DNA of 64,000 nt from contig JAUCBJ010005137.1 of assembly GCA_032718475.1 (NCBI GenBank), positions 62,001 to 126,000 of the forward strand, in the 5' to 3' direction. Positions within the stretch are counted from its first letter, which is position 1, and every line of letters starts with the position of its first letter. This document shows, piece by piece, positions 35,246 to 48,207 of this stretch. The position numbers were made by a program, and so were the translations under genes. Source of the DNA: Nemertoderma westbladi. Taxonomy: Eukaryota > Animalia > Xenacoelomorpha. The notes under the pieces are model-generated. The model saw nothing but the letters and a program-made list of their open reading frames with translations. It searched no databases and was not told where the DNA came from.

Positions 35246-37201
35246 ATGATGTCTCATTCTCGCATAGTAAAGCTGTCCGAAAAAGTCATCAATTTGATAG
35301 CCGCTGGCGAAGTTGTGCAGAGACCCGGAAATGCAATAAAAGAGTTACTCGAGAATTCCCTGGATGCTGGCTCGACCAACATCCAGGTTGTAGTTTCTGG
35401 GGGAGGCCTGAAACTCGCCCAGATTCAAGACAATGGATGCGGAATAGGTAAGGAGGATTTACATTTGGTATGCGAGCGATTCGCCACAAGTAAATTGAGA
35501 AGTTTCGATGATTTACGCAACGTTTCGACTTACGGATTTAGAGGAGAGGCCCTTTCTAGTATTAGTCACGTGGCCCACGTGGCGATAACCACTCGAAGGC
35601 GGGAGACACCCTGTGCATACCGCGTTGAATATCGCGATGGTGTGCCGTTGGCAGCCCCTAAAGCATGCGCTGGTAACCCAGGCACTCAGATAGTCGTATC
35701 TGATATGTTCTACAACATGGCGACGCGTAAGAACGCCTTTAAGGCATCCGAAGAACACAATAAAGTGTCGGAAATCATTACAAAGTACGCGATTCATAAT
35801 TCCGGGGTTAGTTTCTCTTTTAGGAAACAAAATAGCGCGGTTTCGGAAATTAGAACGCTTAATGGGGCTTCTGTTAAGGAAAACGTTAAGTTATTGTATG
35901 GATCGTCAGTAGCTAAAGAGTTAATTGGAATCGATCATTCAGATGATAATCTTGGATTTAAGTGTTCCGGTTATGTAACCAATGCGAACTACAGCAATAA
36001 AAAGTTGTATCTTTTATTGTTTATAAACAATCGTCTGGTGGATTGTTCGGATATTCGTCGCTCCGTGGATACGATTTATCAGCAGTATCTGCCCAAGAAT
36101 TCACATCCTTTTGTTTATCTTAGTTTGACAATCGATCCGGCAAACATTGATGTTAACGTTCATCCTACAAAGAATCAGGTATGCTTTATCAATCAGGATT
36201 CGATAGTTGAATCGATTCAGAGTAGGATAGATGCAGGACTGCTGAGTTGCGGTTCGTCCAGGTCATATCTTACGCAAACTCTTTTACCTAAAGCCGCGGA
36301 TGTCTCAACTAGCAAAGCCGCCAAGGAGGCCACCAGCGATATCGTTAGAGATTGCCATAAAGTTAGGACGGATTGCAAGGACAAAAAACTGGAAGCCTTC
36401 TTTGGCGATGTGGATCGGCCTTCTTGTAGCATCTTGGTAGAGGGTAAACAAGATTCTAGTAGACGGGAGGTTAAACTAACCAGTGTTCATCAACTAAGGA
36501 AGGAATTACAATCCTCATCCCAGGTTTCTATGCGCGAGTTGCTCAGCGGTCATTCGTTCATAGGAATTGTCGATTTCGAATCTACTTTAATTCAATACAC
36601 ATCCGGTCTTTATATAGCCAATAATAGGTCGCTTTCCTTCCATTTATTCTACGAGATTATCTTACGAGACTTCGGTAACTTCGGGTCTTTACGATTCTCG
36701 GAAGAGGCGTCAATCAATAAGATGTGTCTGTTGTATTTGGATTCGGGTTTATCGACTTGGACGCCGGAACGCGGTCCTAAGGAATCCATCGCCCAATCGA
36801 TAACCGATCTACTCGTCAGTAAATCCGAGATGCTCAAAGATTACTTCTCGGTTGAGGTGGACTCTCTAGGTAATCTATTGGGAATTCCTCTTCTTCTTCC
36901 CAACTACACCCCGTGTCTGGACTCTCTTCCGGAGTTTGTGGTCCGTCTGGCGCTCCACGTTGACTGGGACACGGAGAAGGAATGCTTCTACACTTTGTCC
37001 CGGGAGATTTCTCGTTTCTATGCGATTAATCCCAGGTATATCGACCGGGAGGATTCATCGTGGTACTGGACTATCGAACACGTTGTTTATCCGGCCCTGC
37101 GTTCCTCCTGCCGTTGTCCCCCGGCCACTATTAGTGAGGATGCCTCCATCTTACAGTTAACCTCCCTCCCACTGCTTTATAAAGTATTTGAACGATGCTA
37201 G
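35246..37201 (+). CDS. MLH1: DNA mismatch repair protein MLH1, intronless, 651 aa from the first ATG
   Basis: IAAGEVVQRP.NAIKELLENSLDAG, GFRGEALSSIS, DVNVHPTK, VRTD linker motif, C-terminal LYKVFERC; the ORF track starts at a TTG, first in-frame ATG is 35246. Confidence 0.97.
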   Translation: MMSHSRIVKLSEKVINLIAAGEVVQRPGNAIKELLENSLDAGSTNIQVVVSGGGLKLAQIQDNGCGIGKEDLHLVCERFATSKLRSFDDLRNVSTYGFRGEALSSISHVAHVAITTRRRETPCAYRVEYRDGVPLAAPKACAGNPGTQIVVSDMFYNMATRKNAFKASEEHNKVSEIITKYAIHNSGVSFSFRKQNSAVSEIRTLNGASVKENVKLLYGSSVAKELIGIDHSDDNLGFKCSGYVTNANYSNKKLYLLLFINNRLVDCSDIRRSVDTIYQQYLPKNSHPFVYLSLTIDPANIDVNVHPTKNQVCFINQDSIVESIQSRIDAGLLSCGSSRSYLTQTLLPKAADVSTSKAAKEATSDIVRDCHKVRTDCKDKKLEAFFGDVDRPSCSILVEGKQDSSRREVKLTSVHQLRKELQSSSQVSMRELLSGHSFIGIVDFESTLIQYTSGLYIANNRSLSFHLFYEIILRDFGNFGSLRFSEEASINKMCLLYLDSGLSTWTPERGPKESIAQSITDLLVSKSEMLKDYFSVEVDSLGNLLGIPLLLPNYTPCLDSLPEFVVRLALHVDWDTEKECFYTLSREISRFYAINPRYIDREDSSWYWTIEHVVYPALRSSCRCPPATISEDASILQLTSLPLLYKVFERC

Positions 37202-38826
37202 ATACTGAAGGAGGCGTATTCCGACATGCACATGGTATTTCGATCTCGATTAGTATATAATATAATATATATAGTCCTTATTCACCCATTAGTACGGAAA
37301 AGGTGCAATAACTACCCCTTTCTCATTTTACAGGGGTCAGATTTACTTTGTCAAGTATTTTTTGCAGGCTGCTTTCTAGGTCGAAACTTTTGTTGTTGTA
37401 ACACGTATTATTATCATTGGGGGGGGGGGGGGGGGGGGGGGTTTATCTACACACAAAACGTGGATATGAAAAAGTAGTTTTGGAATGTCCGCGGAAAATT
37501 AATATTTCGTTTTTGGCTTTAAGGGTCTAGGACTCTAAAGGGGAAAATCAATTCATTGGATTTGCGACAAGCCCACCCCCCTTCGATTTTCTGGAACAGT
37601 TAGTTACTCACAGTCAAAGTAATAATATTGTATATAATATGTTTTTCTATAAAAAAAAACCGATTTTCCTTTACGTAAATTTTTTGTAATGTAATTGCAC
37701 TTAATTTCCATTATCTTTATTCGTGATTTCCGAACGCGATTATTTTTGTTTGGTTGGAGTTCACTGGCCATTGGATATGATTAATAAGTCTATTTCTGCA
37801 GTTAATTTAACGCAATATGATATTTGTTGACCGCAAATACCAACATTTACCTTAGCGAGTATTTCCTTATGAATCATAACATGTTTGGTCATTCCTCATG
37901 GTTCTCAATAGTAAAGCATTTTTTAATATTAGATTGTCCTTTACCTTTTGATTTGATATACTTTACTTTCCTTATAGTTCCGCATTTCGAATAATGATAG
38001 CATTACTATTTTTCGTGTAATACATGTTCTACAAATTAGTACGTATGTCATATAAATTACTTATATTGAGACTAATGATAAATACAATTAAACAACGTTA
38101 TTGTTGTGGCTATTGCTTAGTACGGCATTAAATCTTTTATTAACTTAACAATCCTGTTAAGATAAAGTAAACCAAGATACCCCCACCCCCCCCCCCCCCC
38201 CCCCCGCATTTGCGTCTTCACTATGATAGAAACGCTGTACTGCAACTATGATGTGTAACATACAGTATGCATATCGTCCTTACCGGAATGTCAAGCAGGT
38301 GTTAATTTTCTGTCCAGACTAATTTTATAATCATAATTGGATGAATCGTGCCTTTCATGCTGAATTTTTACTCCTCTGCTATTAAAATAAAATATTGTTA
38401 TCAAGTAACTGCAACTACTTATATACGAATTGAATAATTTATTTGTTATTTTATGCTATTAGGCCTGCTGTCTGTTAATATTATAATTAATTACATATTA
38501 ACACCATTCAGCCATTAATATTTAATTAATTAATTAATTAAATTCTAGGCAGACCAGATAGGAGGTGGTGGTATTCCATTTATTGAGATATTTTTATACA
38601 TATAATTGTTCAACTATAATTAATTAATATTTTAATCACGGATTTGCATCGGAATTGGTTTCCTGTTCTCTCCTGAATCGAGTTACTGGTGTTAAGCTAT
38701 TTATTACCAATCCTTTACACTCAGTCAAATCTTCCCATTTATCTCCAACAAATTATCGACTTTTACAAAAGGCTTCCCCGATAAAACATATGGTGTCGTG
38801 ATTCCTCCAATGGGCGATGCGTTGCT

Positions 38827-39180
38827 ATGGGCAACGGATTGCGCAAGGCTGCTTCCCCTGTAACTAATTCTGTAAAGTGGTTGTGGGGTTGGGATAGCGG
38901 CTCTCGGAATAATAGTAAGCCTAGCGACCCGTCCACCGGTAGTAGCGGTGCTCTCTGCACCGTGGGTGCCGGCGGTGCGACGGTGCTGGTGCTCCACTAC
39001 CAGGGTTCCATGTACGTAGACGCCGACGGTGACACCGCCGATCGCTTCTACATTCAGAGCGCGGACGGCTGCCGTATGTTGCTGACTCCGACTTATAAAC
39101 TGAAACGCCAAGGTCTAGTTGCCTACGACATACCCCGAATTAATCCCAACCTCCCTTGGGTTATGTACTCGGTTGATTAA
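38827..39180 (+). CDS. TUSC2: Tumor suppressor candidate 2 (FUS1) homologue, intronless
   Basis: MG start (myristoylation); GSMYVDADGDTADRFY and QGLVAYDIPRINPNLPWVMYSV match TUSC2 GSMFYDEDGDLAHEFY / QGIVKLDHPRIHVDFPVILYEV. Confidence 0.85.
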   Translation: MGNGLRKAASPVTNSVKWLWGWDSGSRNNSKPSDPSTGSSGALCTVGAGGATVLVLHYQGSMYVDADGDTADRFYIQSADGCRMLLTPTYKLKRQGLVAYDIPRINPNLPWVMYSVD

Positions 39181-39331
39181 TTATTATTCGCGCTGTATTT
39201 AATATAATTTTGGCACGGAAGTAACTTTCCTTAATATAATATATTGTCATTATATTATATTTACCATTTTACCTCTGAGTTGGTTTAGTTATTAGATTAA
39301 CTACAATTTATTATACCGACACTCGGTATAA

Positions 39332-40576
39332 ATGGCTCGGCGACGTCACATTTCCCAGATCTCGCTGGTTATCTGTACGTTAACCGCGGTTCGAACGGCC
39401 GAGGTGGAAGTCGTATTCTCCGCGAGTGAGGACCCCGGTTGCTTAGCAACCGAGGACGCCGGTTGCCGTGATAACGCGCCGGTGCGCGGGCGACTAGTCA
39501 GCGGGAAACTTACCAAGCCGTTGGGGGGCGTGCTGCTTCTATTGGATGCGGAGGAGACGGACGTCGCCATGCGTGACGACGAGGCTGCCGTTGCTATGGA
39601 TACGGACTGCGTCGCGTTGGTAACGGTAGCGGAAGGGGCGGATGTAGGGGAAGCGATTGCGCGCGTCCGCAAAGCGTTGCTCGTCGGGGTCTACGCCGTG
39701 TTGATATTCGCGACACGGAACCCGGAAACACATCGGATATTCCGACAAAACGAATTCGATCTAATAGAAATTGGCCAATTGGCCTGTCCTAGTCTATCGT
39801 TTCGGGAAATTGTAGACCCCCCGGATCGGACCACCTGCCCGTCCAATCAACCGCCCCCATTGGTGGTCTCCGTGGCAACCAGTTGGTCGCGTCGCATCAG
39901 CGACGCCTTCGACTCGCTTGACGTCCCCGTTGTCCTGCTGGTCGACTGCGGACTCGCGTTGGGCTCTCTGCTAGGGGGCGCCAAGATTAGCGCCTCTGTG
40001 CGGCACGCCAAGGAATCCCAACCGCAGCCCATATCTTCCTCGTGGTCAATGTGTTCTAGAATAGTTAGCGGGGAGGTAGTCTGCGACGATACGAGGCCCC
40101 CCACGCCCCGCCCCTCTCGCATTCATCCCGCCCAACTCTCGGCTTTCCTCTGTACCGCCCCTATGCTCCTCTGCTTCCTCTTACTGCTTCGCTTCCCTCG
40201 TCCCCCCACCGGCGACTATCCGGCCCTCGCCGGGTTACCCTGGCAACCCGTGGAAGGAGCGCTCCGTTGCTACGCTCGCGACGCCCTCAACCTACTCAAA
40301 GTGAAGCGTTACAACCGCTACCAGTTGCGCCGCGCCTACCGCGTGCTACCCGGTTGCCATGGGGATGGGGACCCCCCCGACGTGTGCGCCGTCTGTCTGG
40401 ATAGGTTCCTCGCCAAGCAGGACATCCGGGTGCTGCCCTGCTGCCACGAGTTCCATCGGAGATGCGTCGACTCCTGGTTGGTCGAGAAACACACGTGTCC
40501 GCTGTGCAAGTCAAACATCCTCGCCGTTCTATCCCCGTCAACCGACGGAGAAAGTTCTCATACAGACTCATCCTGA
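39332..40576 (+). CDS. Signal peptide / PA-like / TM / RING-H2 E3 ligase, RNF215-like
   Basis: Hydrophobic N-terminus; TM LSAFLCTAPMLLCFLLLL; CAVCLDRFLAKQDIRVLPCCHEFHRRCVDSWLVEKHTCPLCK. Confidence 0.88.
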   Translation: MARRRHISQISLVICTLTAVRTAEVEVVFSASEDPGCLATEDAGCRDNAPVRGRLVSGKLTKPLGGVLLLLDAEETDVAMRDDEAAVAMDTDCVALVTVAEGADVGEAIARVRKALLVGVYAVLIFATRNPETHRIFRQNEFDLIEIGQLACPSLSFREIVDPPDRTTCPSNQPPPLVVSVATSWSRRISDAFDSLDVPVVLLVDCGLALGSLLGGAKISASVRHAKESQPQPISSSWSMCSRIVSGEVVCDDTRPPTPRPSRIHPAQLSAFLCTAPMLLCFLLLLRFPRPPTGDYPALAGLPWQPVEGALRCYARDALNLLKVKRYNRYQLRRAYRVLPGCHGDGDPPDVCAVCLDRFLAKQDIRVLPCCHEFHRRCVDSWLVEKHTCPLCKSNILAVLSPSTDGESSHTDSS

Positions 40577-41542
40577 CAAAGTTCTCTCATTGTTCCTAAA
40601 ATGTTCTCAAAGCGAAGATGTTCCCACAACAAAGATGTTCTGTTTCCACGCCAACTAAGTTTGTAAGAATCCCATTAATTTTTCCCACTCAGGAAGTTCT
40701 CGGTAGTAACATCTATATTTAGTCTTTCCTGCTGATCACCCATTCCCTTTATTGTTTTACTATTGTTGTTATTGCTGATAATTAATGGAGCTGTTTTTAA
40801 TATTGAATCTGCAGAATGTGCGTTGGAGAATAATAGTGCTTAGAGATATCTTTTTATTATAATTATTTCCAAACTCATCTGGGAGGCCATAATGTACTTT
40901 TTAAGAATGCATATATATATAGGGATGCGGGTTTCTACCCAAAATACTAAAGTGGGAAAACTTTCAATATCAATTCTGCCTAATATCATTATAAACCAGT
41001 ATTGCCCATAGCGCCAAAGGCCAAGCAAGCTCAAGTTCTGCAACTTTTGGCTCAATGTATGTATGTACTATTATTTTTTTGCTGGTATTCTGTAATCTGT
41101 GTTTAATATCCTCGGGGTGCCTCTATAGAGGAATTTCGGGCTGCTCCCGGTGGTTCGTGTTTCACACTTCCGCCTATCACTTTTATCCTTGGGGGTGGGG
41201 AGAGGGGGGGGGTTGGGGGTGGGTGCAGGTACTTACCCAATGCGTCAGTTGTGTGTCACTTTTCCAATAAGTCACTAGCCTGTCAAGTGCCAAGACGTCG
41301 TCCCCACGCATTCAATCACAGGTAGATTTAGTACCGGTAGACGCTGGATTGGTGTGTCCGATAGTACCAGAATACTTAAATACAAAAAATATAACGAAAC
41401 GGATAGAAGGCGGTTCAGGAACAAAGTACTATATTATTTAATTCATTATACGTCGGCTAAAGAAGAGTTGTTTTGTGGAGTGTTCCAGTTCAGTCCAAAA
41501 AAGCAGCAGAATATTAATTTATATTTTTGCAAAAAAATATGT

Positions 41543-41628
41543 TCCTTCGAACCGGATTCGAACCAGTGACCTATGGATTACAATTATTCCTCTACAGTCC
41601 ACCGCTCTACCAACTGAGCTATCGAAGG
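41543..41628 (-). tRNA. tRNA-Tyr(GTA) with 13-nt intron (41579-41591)
   Basis: Minus strand CCTTCGATAGCTCAGTTGGTAGAGCGGTGGACTGTAG-intron-ATCCATAGGTCACTGGTTCGAATCCGGTTCGAAGGA; T7 Pol III terminator at 41531-41537. Confidence 0.96.
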
Positions 41629-42649
41629 ATGAGGTTGTGCGTAGATATTTCGTAAGCGATTAGAAATGAATAAATCGCGGAGTAAAATGGTCAAATTATA
41701 ATTTTCCGAAAAAAGCACAAAAAGTTATAAATACAGTTGTAGTAGAATATTTCAGGTGAGACACGGAGCGGAGCATGGATACGTATAAAAATAGATGACA
41801 CAATGTAAAACCCAAGCAGGAAACTGTATTGGTAGGCCTACCGTCCTCGCGTATAGGCTGATGTTCACAAATCTCTACGCCATACTGTAGCAAGCATAGC
41901 AGCAGACACATTGAACAATAACTACACACATTTTCATAATAATCACACATTTGACACCGCAAATTTAAATTGTCTGTAAACAAACAATGAAGGGTAAAAC
42001 ATTTCCGACATACGCGTAGGCATTCGCGTAGTTGTGTAACTTCCATTCCTGTCATTTGCCGGTTCAGTACAACAGTAGGAACACTGTACACTCACAGCCT
42101 TTTTAACAACTACGCGAAGGTATTTTGTAACTTCGCATGGACTTGGCGTACTGTAGTTGAGCTGCGTGTGGCAGTCCTGATAAAATATTATTATTCTAGA
42201 TCCGGTAAGTAAGGATTGAAATTGTTTTTGTAGGTACCGGTACTGATATGTCAGATATATCATTATCGTTTACTAAAACAACAAACAGTGAGTCACTACC
42301 GCGGTGACGTTCTGGGATTGCCGCTTCGACCTATTGTGATAATGAAAAATTTGCAGCCCTACTTACGATAGTCACACCATTTACTGTAAATTCTGTTGCA
42401 AAATTTACAGTAACTTTGTTTTCGTTAGAGAAGCCCTCCACAGAGGGATTGAAAAATATCGAAAAATCACCTTCCATAGAAACCAAGATAAGAAATTATC
42501 GGAGCACTTTGTTGTGATGTCAAACTGTACTATGGAAGCCAATCACAGCAGATTTTCAAAATTGGCACTCCGTGTTTACTTAATTAACAACACCCGCCAC
42601 TCGATTCAGGGCACCTTGTTACCCACTTATTCAATTGTTTCTAGCCCAA

Positions 42650-43124
42650 TCAGATCTCTCCAGGCACCTGAAGACTAAGTTCTTTCGAGCCACAGTGGAA
42701 AGTGTATTTTTATGCGGGGGTGAGACCTGGACACTGACTAAATCACTTGAACAACGAATTGATGGTTGCTACACAAGACTACTAAGGGCAGCCCTAAACA
42801 TCAGCTAGAGACAACACATGACAAACGCCGAGCTTTATGGTCCAATACCACCTGTATCAACCACCCTCCGCGAACGCAGATTAATATTCAGTGGGCACTG
42901 CTGGCGAAGTAAAGACGAGGTCATACCAGATCTGCTTCTCTGGCAACCAACTCATGGGAGGCGTACAGTAGTCGTGGACGACCGGCCATAACATATATAG
43001 ATCAACTTGAAAGGGATACTGAACTTGGGAGAAACGAAATTGCGACAACTATGGAGAATCGGGAAGCCTGGAAGGATCTCATTTTCACTGTCCGAGTTCG
43101 CTCGACCTAGTAGTAGTAGTAGTA
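42650..43124 (+). mobile_element. 5'-truncated RTE-like LINE 3' end with (TAG)n tail and TSD CTAGCCCAA
   Basis: FRATVESVFL.G.ETWTLTKSLEQRIDGCYTRLLRAALNI...RERRL.FSGHCWR; TSD at 42641-42649 and 43125-43133. Confidence 0.88.
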
Positions 43125-43549
43125 CTAGCCCAAAAATTTTTTCGGCACCAACCCTATTAAATTTCGCCATGTAAAATTAATTTCTGCATAGGCCGGTTTT
43201 AGCTCCGTATAGGTCGGTCTAGCTCTATATTGAATTGTTATAGCTTGGAATACAGTAGGTCGGCATTAAGTTAACTTGTTTTTATGTGTAGCACATATGT
43301 ACGTAGATACAGTACAGTATGGGTAGCACCACGCGTATAATTACAGTACGTAGAACCTAGAACCTTTGAAACTGGAGTCGGTACTAGATACCCTAAATGG
43401 TGATCAACGAAATTAATTAATTCGCGAAATAAAGATCATAAACACGATGCAGCACACCAATTGGAAATATCCAACACGGTTGTAATTCAATCGTAGCGTG
43501 TTGCGTCTTGCTCCTCAACTCTAATAATGCTGGTTTAAACATTGTTAGT

Positions 43550-43840
43550 TGAGAATGTGGGAAGAGGGGAATGTGGGAAGTTGAGAATGTCGGAAGATGG
43601 GAATGTTGGAAGGTGGAAATGTTGGAAGACGGGAATAAATGACGATGGGAATGTGGGAAGATGGATGGGAATGTGGGAAGATGGGAATGAAGGATGGTTG
43701 GGATATGAGAATCTACGAAGATGGGAATATTGTTAGATGGGAATATGAGAAGATTGGGAAGATGGAAATGAGGTAAGATAGTAATGTAGGAAGATAGGAA
43801 TGTGGGAAGATGGGTATGTTGGAAGATGAGAAGGATGGTA
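43550..43840. repeat. Purine-rich ~17-bp degenerate minisatellite
   Basis: Repeated GGGAAGATGGGAATGT variants. Confidence 0.8.
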
Positions 43841-44633
43841 AGGACTGTCTCTGAATTGGTTGGTGTGTATTGTTTTGGTTAGAAAATCCCGCGTTTGTAT
43901 TGTAAGCAACTCCTTGTCCTAAATTGGTAAGAATATAACGTATTGTTTAGATATTGTGTATTGTTTGAATTAGATAAACCTGTCTCGGTAACCTGCTCTT
44001 TCCCTCAATGTCTAAGGAAAATTGCAAACAGCATTTTACCAATGTTCCCCATAATGAAAGTAACAAAGTTTCCCGCTTTGTAACCTGATCTTTTCCATTA
44101 ATATCTCAATAATTGGTAACATCATCGTTTCTTCTTTATAGCTTAGAAAGTCCTGTTTCTGTAACCTGCTTCCTTTCCATCAATTGGAATATCACTGTAA
44201 CCTTCGCCTTAGTAAAATTAGATTCTTGTTTTAGTTAATATTACCCGCCTCGCCGTGACCTGTTCCTTTCCATGAGTGAGTAGGTAACAACACCACCCGC
44301 CTCTGTAACCTGTGAACCTTCCCCTCAACATTGTTTAAGTTTTCGTTAGAAAATCATTTCCATGTAATAACCTGCTCCTTTCCCGATATTTTTAATATAT
44401 AAACATAATTTATTGCTTTGGTCAGCCTCGCCTCGGTACGCAGTAAACTTCGCCCGCGAGACAGATTCGCACGCGTCCAGGTCCAATCTTCGCCCTCAAA
44501 ATCCGTGTTAACAACATCGTTTATTGCTTTGGTTAGAAAAAGCCGTTTCTGAAACCTGCTCCTTTCCCCCAATCGGGTGAAGGTTGCACCCATCAGCAGG
44601 GAAACAAACCCATGCAGTGCTGCAGACCTGTAC

Positions 44634-46214
44634 ACAAGTCCCTAAAAGGTGCCACCCTGCTCCATAGCGCGGGAAATTTAAATGATTGAAAGACATGCAA
44701 TTTGTACTGGAAAGGGTGGCAGATCAGATCTGCCACCTATATTTTGGCGGTAAATTCAAATCTGTTTTAACATTGAATATATGAATAGAGTAACCCAGAT
44801 AGCAAATATAATTAACTGCTGAACTGAACGTACCATGGATTAAATGAACGTTCAATTTTCGTTATATTTCGTGAATGAATAGAAAATTGTGAATGTAGTA
44901 AAGGTTCACTTTGCGTAATTTGTATTACCGTCACGCTAATAACTAAAAATGGACGTTGAGTAGCCGTTTGTTAATTGTTGAACAGTTGAATAACCGAATT
45001 ACCGCTTGTACTGAACATGCAATACCGTGATTTGCTTGTACATGAGAAATTGAAATTATATCGCACTGACTGCCAAATGTGTCACTACAAAGTCCACATT
45101 GTACTATTCCCTGTTTCGGTTTAAGTTCCGCATTTAGGATTACAGTTTCTGAGTTAGTAGCGCATTGTACTTTGTCACGAGTAAGAGTAAGAATGTTCAT
45201 TCATAATAATATTTTATCATATTATATGTCATAGACAAATATAGCAGTATAGGCAGAGGCATTATACACCAATTGTTATTACAGTAGGCCTACCTGCGAT
45301 ATATTTTACTATCAATTCTCTGCTGTACAGCTGTATATATTTCTTATGAATTACACTACGCAATATTTCTTAGTAGACCTAAATAAGATAATATGTCTGT
45401 AGGCCTGAAGTTTACATTATGAAGTCTACAGCTCTAGCTCCTTGACCTTTAAGTACGTATACCCACGTACATACTGCAGCACACTGTGTACAGTTTTGTA
45501 ATGGTAATAAATATATTATAATTCTGTAATTAGAATTAACCCCCAAAAATATATCAATTCACAGCGCCTATCTATCATCTATCTACTTAAAATCTACTAT
45601 TAATATACTAGGTATAAGTGTATATAATTGTTATAATTATAATGTTCTGATGTAATTATAACTGATACAAGCAAATAATAAATGTTCTTTACATTTTACT
45701 GGGATAGAAGTTAAGCCAAATCCCCCCCCCCCCCCCCTCAATTTTGCTCGAACGGTCGAAGTCCCAGTCTAGGTAACCAGTCAGCTTAGTTGTTCACGTG
45801 CTGCTCGAACCCCCAGACTAGTTAACCAGTCAGCTTAGTTGTTCACGTGCTGCTCGAATCCCCAGACTAGTTAACCAGTAGCTTAGTTTTTCACGTGCTG
45901 CTCGAAGCCCCAGACTAGTTAACGTGCTGGTTTATTTATTCACGTGCTGCTGGAAGTCCCAGAATAGATAAAACAACAACAATAACGGATGAGTGAGTTA
46001 AACCGATAAGAAATAATTTATTCTGATTCAACGAATTACATTAGTCTTACTCTATTCATATATTCAATGTTAAAACAGATTTGAATTTACCGCCAAAATA
46101 TAGGTGGCAGATCTGATCTGCCACCCTTTCCAGTACAAATTACATGTCTTTCAATCATTTGAATTTCCCGTGCTATGGCAGTATGGAGCAGGGTGGCACC
46201 TTTTAGGGACTTGT
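44634..46214. mobile_element. Mutator/foldback-like non-autonomous element, ~150-bp TIRs, 10-bp TSD AGACCTGTAC
   Basis: AGACCTGTAC|ACAAGTCCCTAAAAGGTGCCACC ... GGTGGCACCTTTTAGGGACTTGT|AGACCTGTAC; internal ~45-bp tandem at ~45760-45960. Confidence 0.9.
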
Positions 46215-46545
46215 AGACCTGTACTGCTGTACCTGTGTACTGTACTGTATGTACGTACAGTGTGATGTAACTTCAGTGTTCAGTCTGGACGTTACCGGTA
46301 CCTCACCTGTCTGGACCATACACTGACTGATACAGCCATAATACTGTAATAATTGTGGTTTAGCAGTACCGGTACGTCAAGCAGGAAGCAGTCAAGCTAA
46401 GATAACCTGTTAACCGCCATCCAGCCATCAGTTTCCTTTCAGCAAGTACAGCATTACTGCATTACAGCATTAGGCCTAGCTACCGCAACGGTAACGCTAG
46501 CTGGCTTAGCAGCTTAGTCGGGTAGTCCTGTAGTCTAATTTAGCG

Positions 46546-46654
46546 ATGGCCAATCAACTATTTATTGGGCGTTTGCCGAAGTTAACTCGAACCCGGGATG
46601 TTGAGGACATCTTCAGTCGTTATGGAAAGTTATCAAGGTGCGACATCAAAATGG
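46546..46654 (+). CDS. SR-type splicing factor RRM, coding exon 1 (MANQLFIGRLPKLTRTRDVEDIFSRYGKLSRCDIKM)
   Basis: RNP2 LFIGRL; ends at GTAAGT donor, phase 1; not in the ORF track. Confidence 0.9.
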
Positions 46655-47347
46655 GTAAGTGAAAGGTACCGCGGTACCGGTACGACAGTACGACTTCACC
46701 TGTTCACGTGTGGCTAAGCAGCTAAGTCAAACGAATAGTTCCCAAAAGGCACTTTGGCATTCTGCTGTTCTGGAATTTTCCAGGTAGGCCCCCTACCTAA
46801 ATAATTGCAACCAGCCTAAATGCTGAGTTCTTTTGGAAGGATGCTTTTGTAGAATGATTCTAACAGTTCCCCAAAGGCAGAAAGGCACTTTCTGACTTTG
46901 GCATTCTGGCATTTAGTTGAAATTCATTATTCGCTGAGATCCGGGTGCCGGGTAATGAATTTTATCCTTTTTTTAAGAAAGGATTTTTAAAGAATCGACT
47001 TCAGGACTTTCAGACTTTACTTACGCACGGCAAGGTGGTCCTGGCTGCATGGTAGGACAGGGGTCGACAGGACTGTCGCGACTGTAGCAGGGCAGGGTAT
47101 CTGGTAGCCAGACAAGACCTGAAGACAAGGCAGTCTGGCAGTACAGGGCAGTAGGACTGTGACCTGACTGCCTGAGGTGAGGACACATTATCAAGGTGAA
47201 ACACAGCCAGAAGCAAGCCTGAGGCAAGGCTGCTGTTTTATGCTTGCTGTTGTTTTATTTTTATTTTTATATATATATATTGTTATTTAGGTAGGTCTAA
47301 TCTATAATTATTGATATAGGCTATATTATATTACTGTATTTTTTTAG

Positions 47348-47400
47348 GTGCTGGAATGGCTTATGGATTTGTTGACTTTGAGGACAGAAGAGATGCAGAG
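47348..47400 (+). CDS. SR-type splicing factor, exon 2 (GAGMAYGFVDFEDRRDAE)
   Basis: TTTTTAG acceptor, RNP1 YGFVDF, GTGAGT donor; phase matches exon 1. Confidence 0.92.
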
Positions 47401-48207
47401 GTGAGTCGGATTATTGTTTTTGTTATTCTAACTCTAACTAATCTACTGATATTTTGGTAATATCTCTGTACAATAGTAAATCATATCTATGTGGAAAAAC
47501 ACACCGAAACCTACACCTGAAAATTGGGAACTAATTTTCCATAGTTTTCAATAATGCCGCCATATAATTCTCTGATCTAATATAGTTTTCCATTTTTTAA
47601 TAACTACGGTAGGTACGTTATAGTCTAGGAAGAATATAATTTATATTTAGTTCTTGGTACTAAAAGCCGACTATTATATGTACTAAATGTATTACACCAA
47701 ATTGTATCTCCACACCACCTACAATATATTGGGTGAAGTTCAAACTGATGTACCGTACCGTATAATGTAAACAAAGTAACAAGAATTATTTACTTCCTAG
47801 GAAATAAAGTAGATCTTTATTTTCAATGTGGTTGAAGTTCGAGAGCATAGTGGAGTGGAAATACATAATGTTATATAGCTACATTATGCCGTTCACAGGC
47901 AATACGTAATCTTATTTACCCACAATGTTGCATTTATTTTTTTAGAAGATTACTTTTTTATTCCATGAAACTGCCGTTGTGAGCGATATATAACCGGCGT
48001 TTCAGCAATAAATATTTGACTTTTTCTTACAAATACGTGGATATTAAGGAAACAAAGGCAACTTTTATTCCTAAAAATGCGAGTTGTTGTTTCCCTTCGT
48101 GGCGCAGTTAAAATCCATCCATCTCCAGGAGAAATTCGGCGCAAATTCATCTGATTACGAGCTAATATTAAACTGTAGGAATAACATGCGTTTATTTCCC
48201 TTAAATT

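Noticed and set aside
35246-39180. MLH1-TUSC2 linkage as conserved synteny with human 3p
   Set aside because: The human genes are megabases apart; a single pair cannot be told from chance without comparative data
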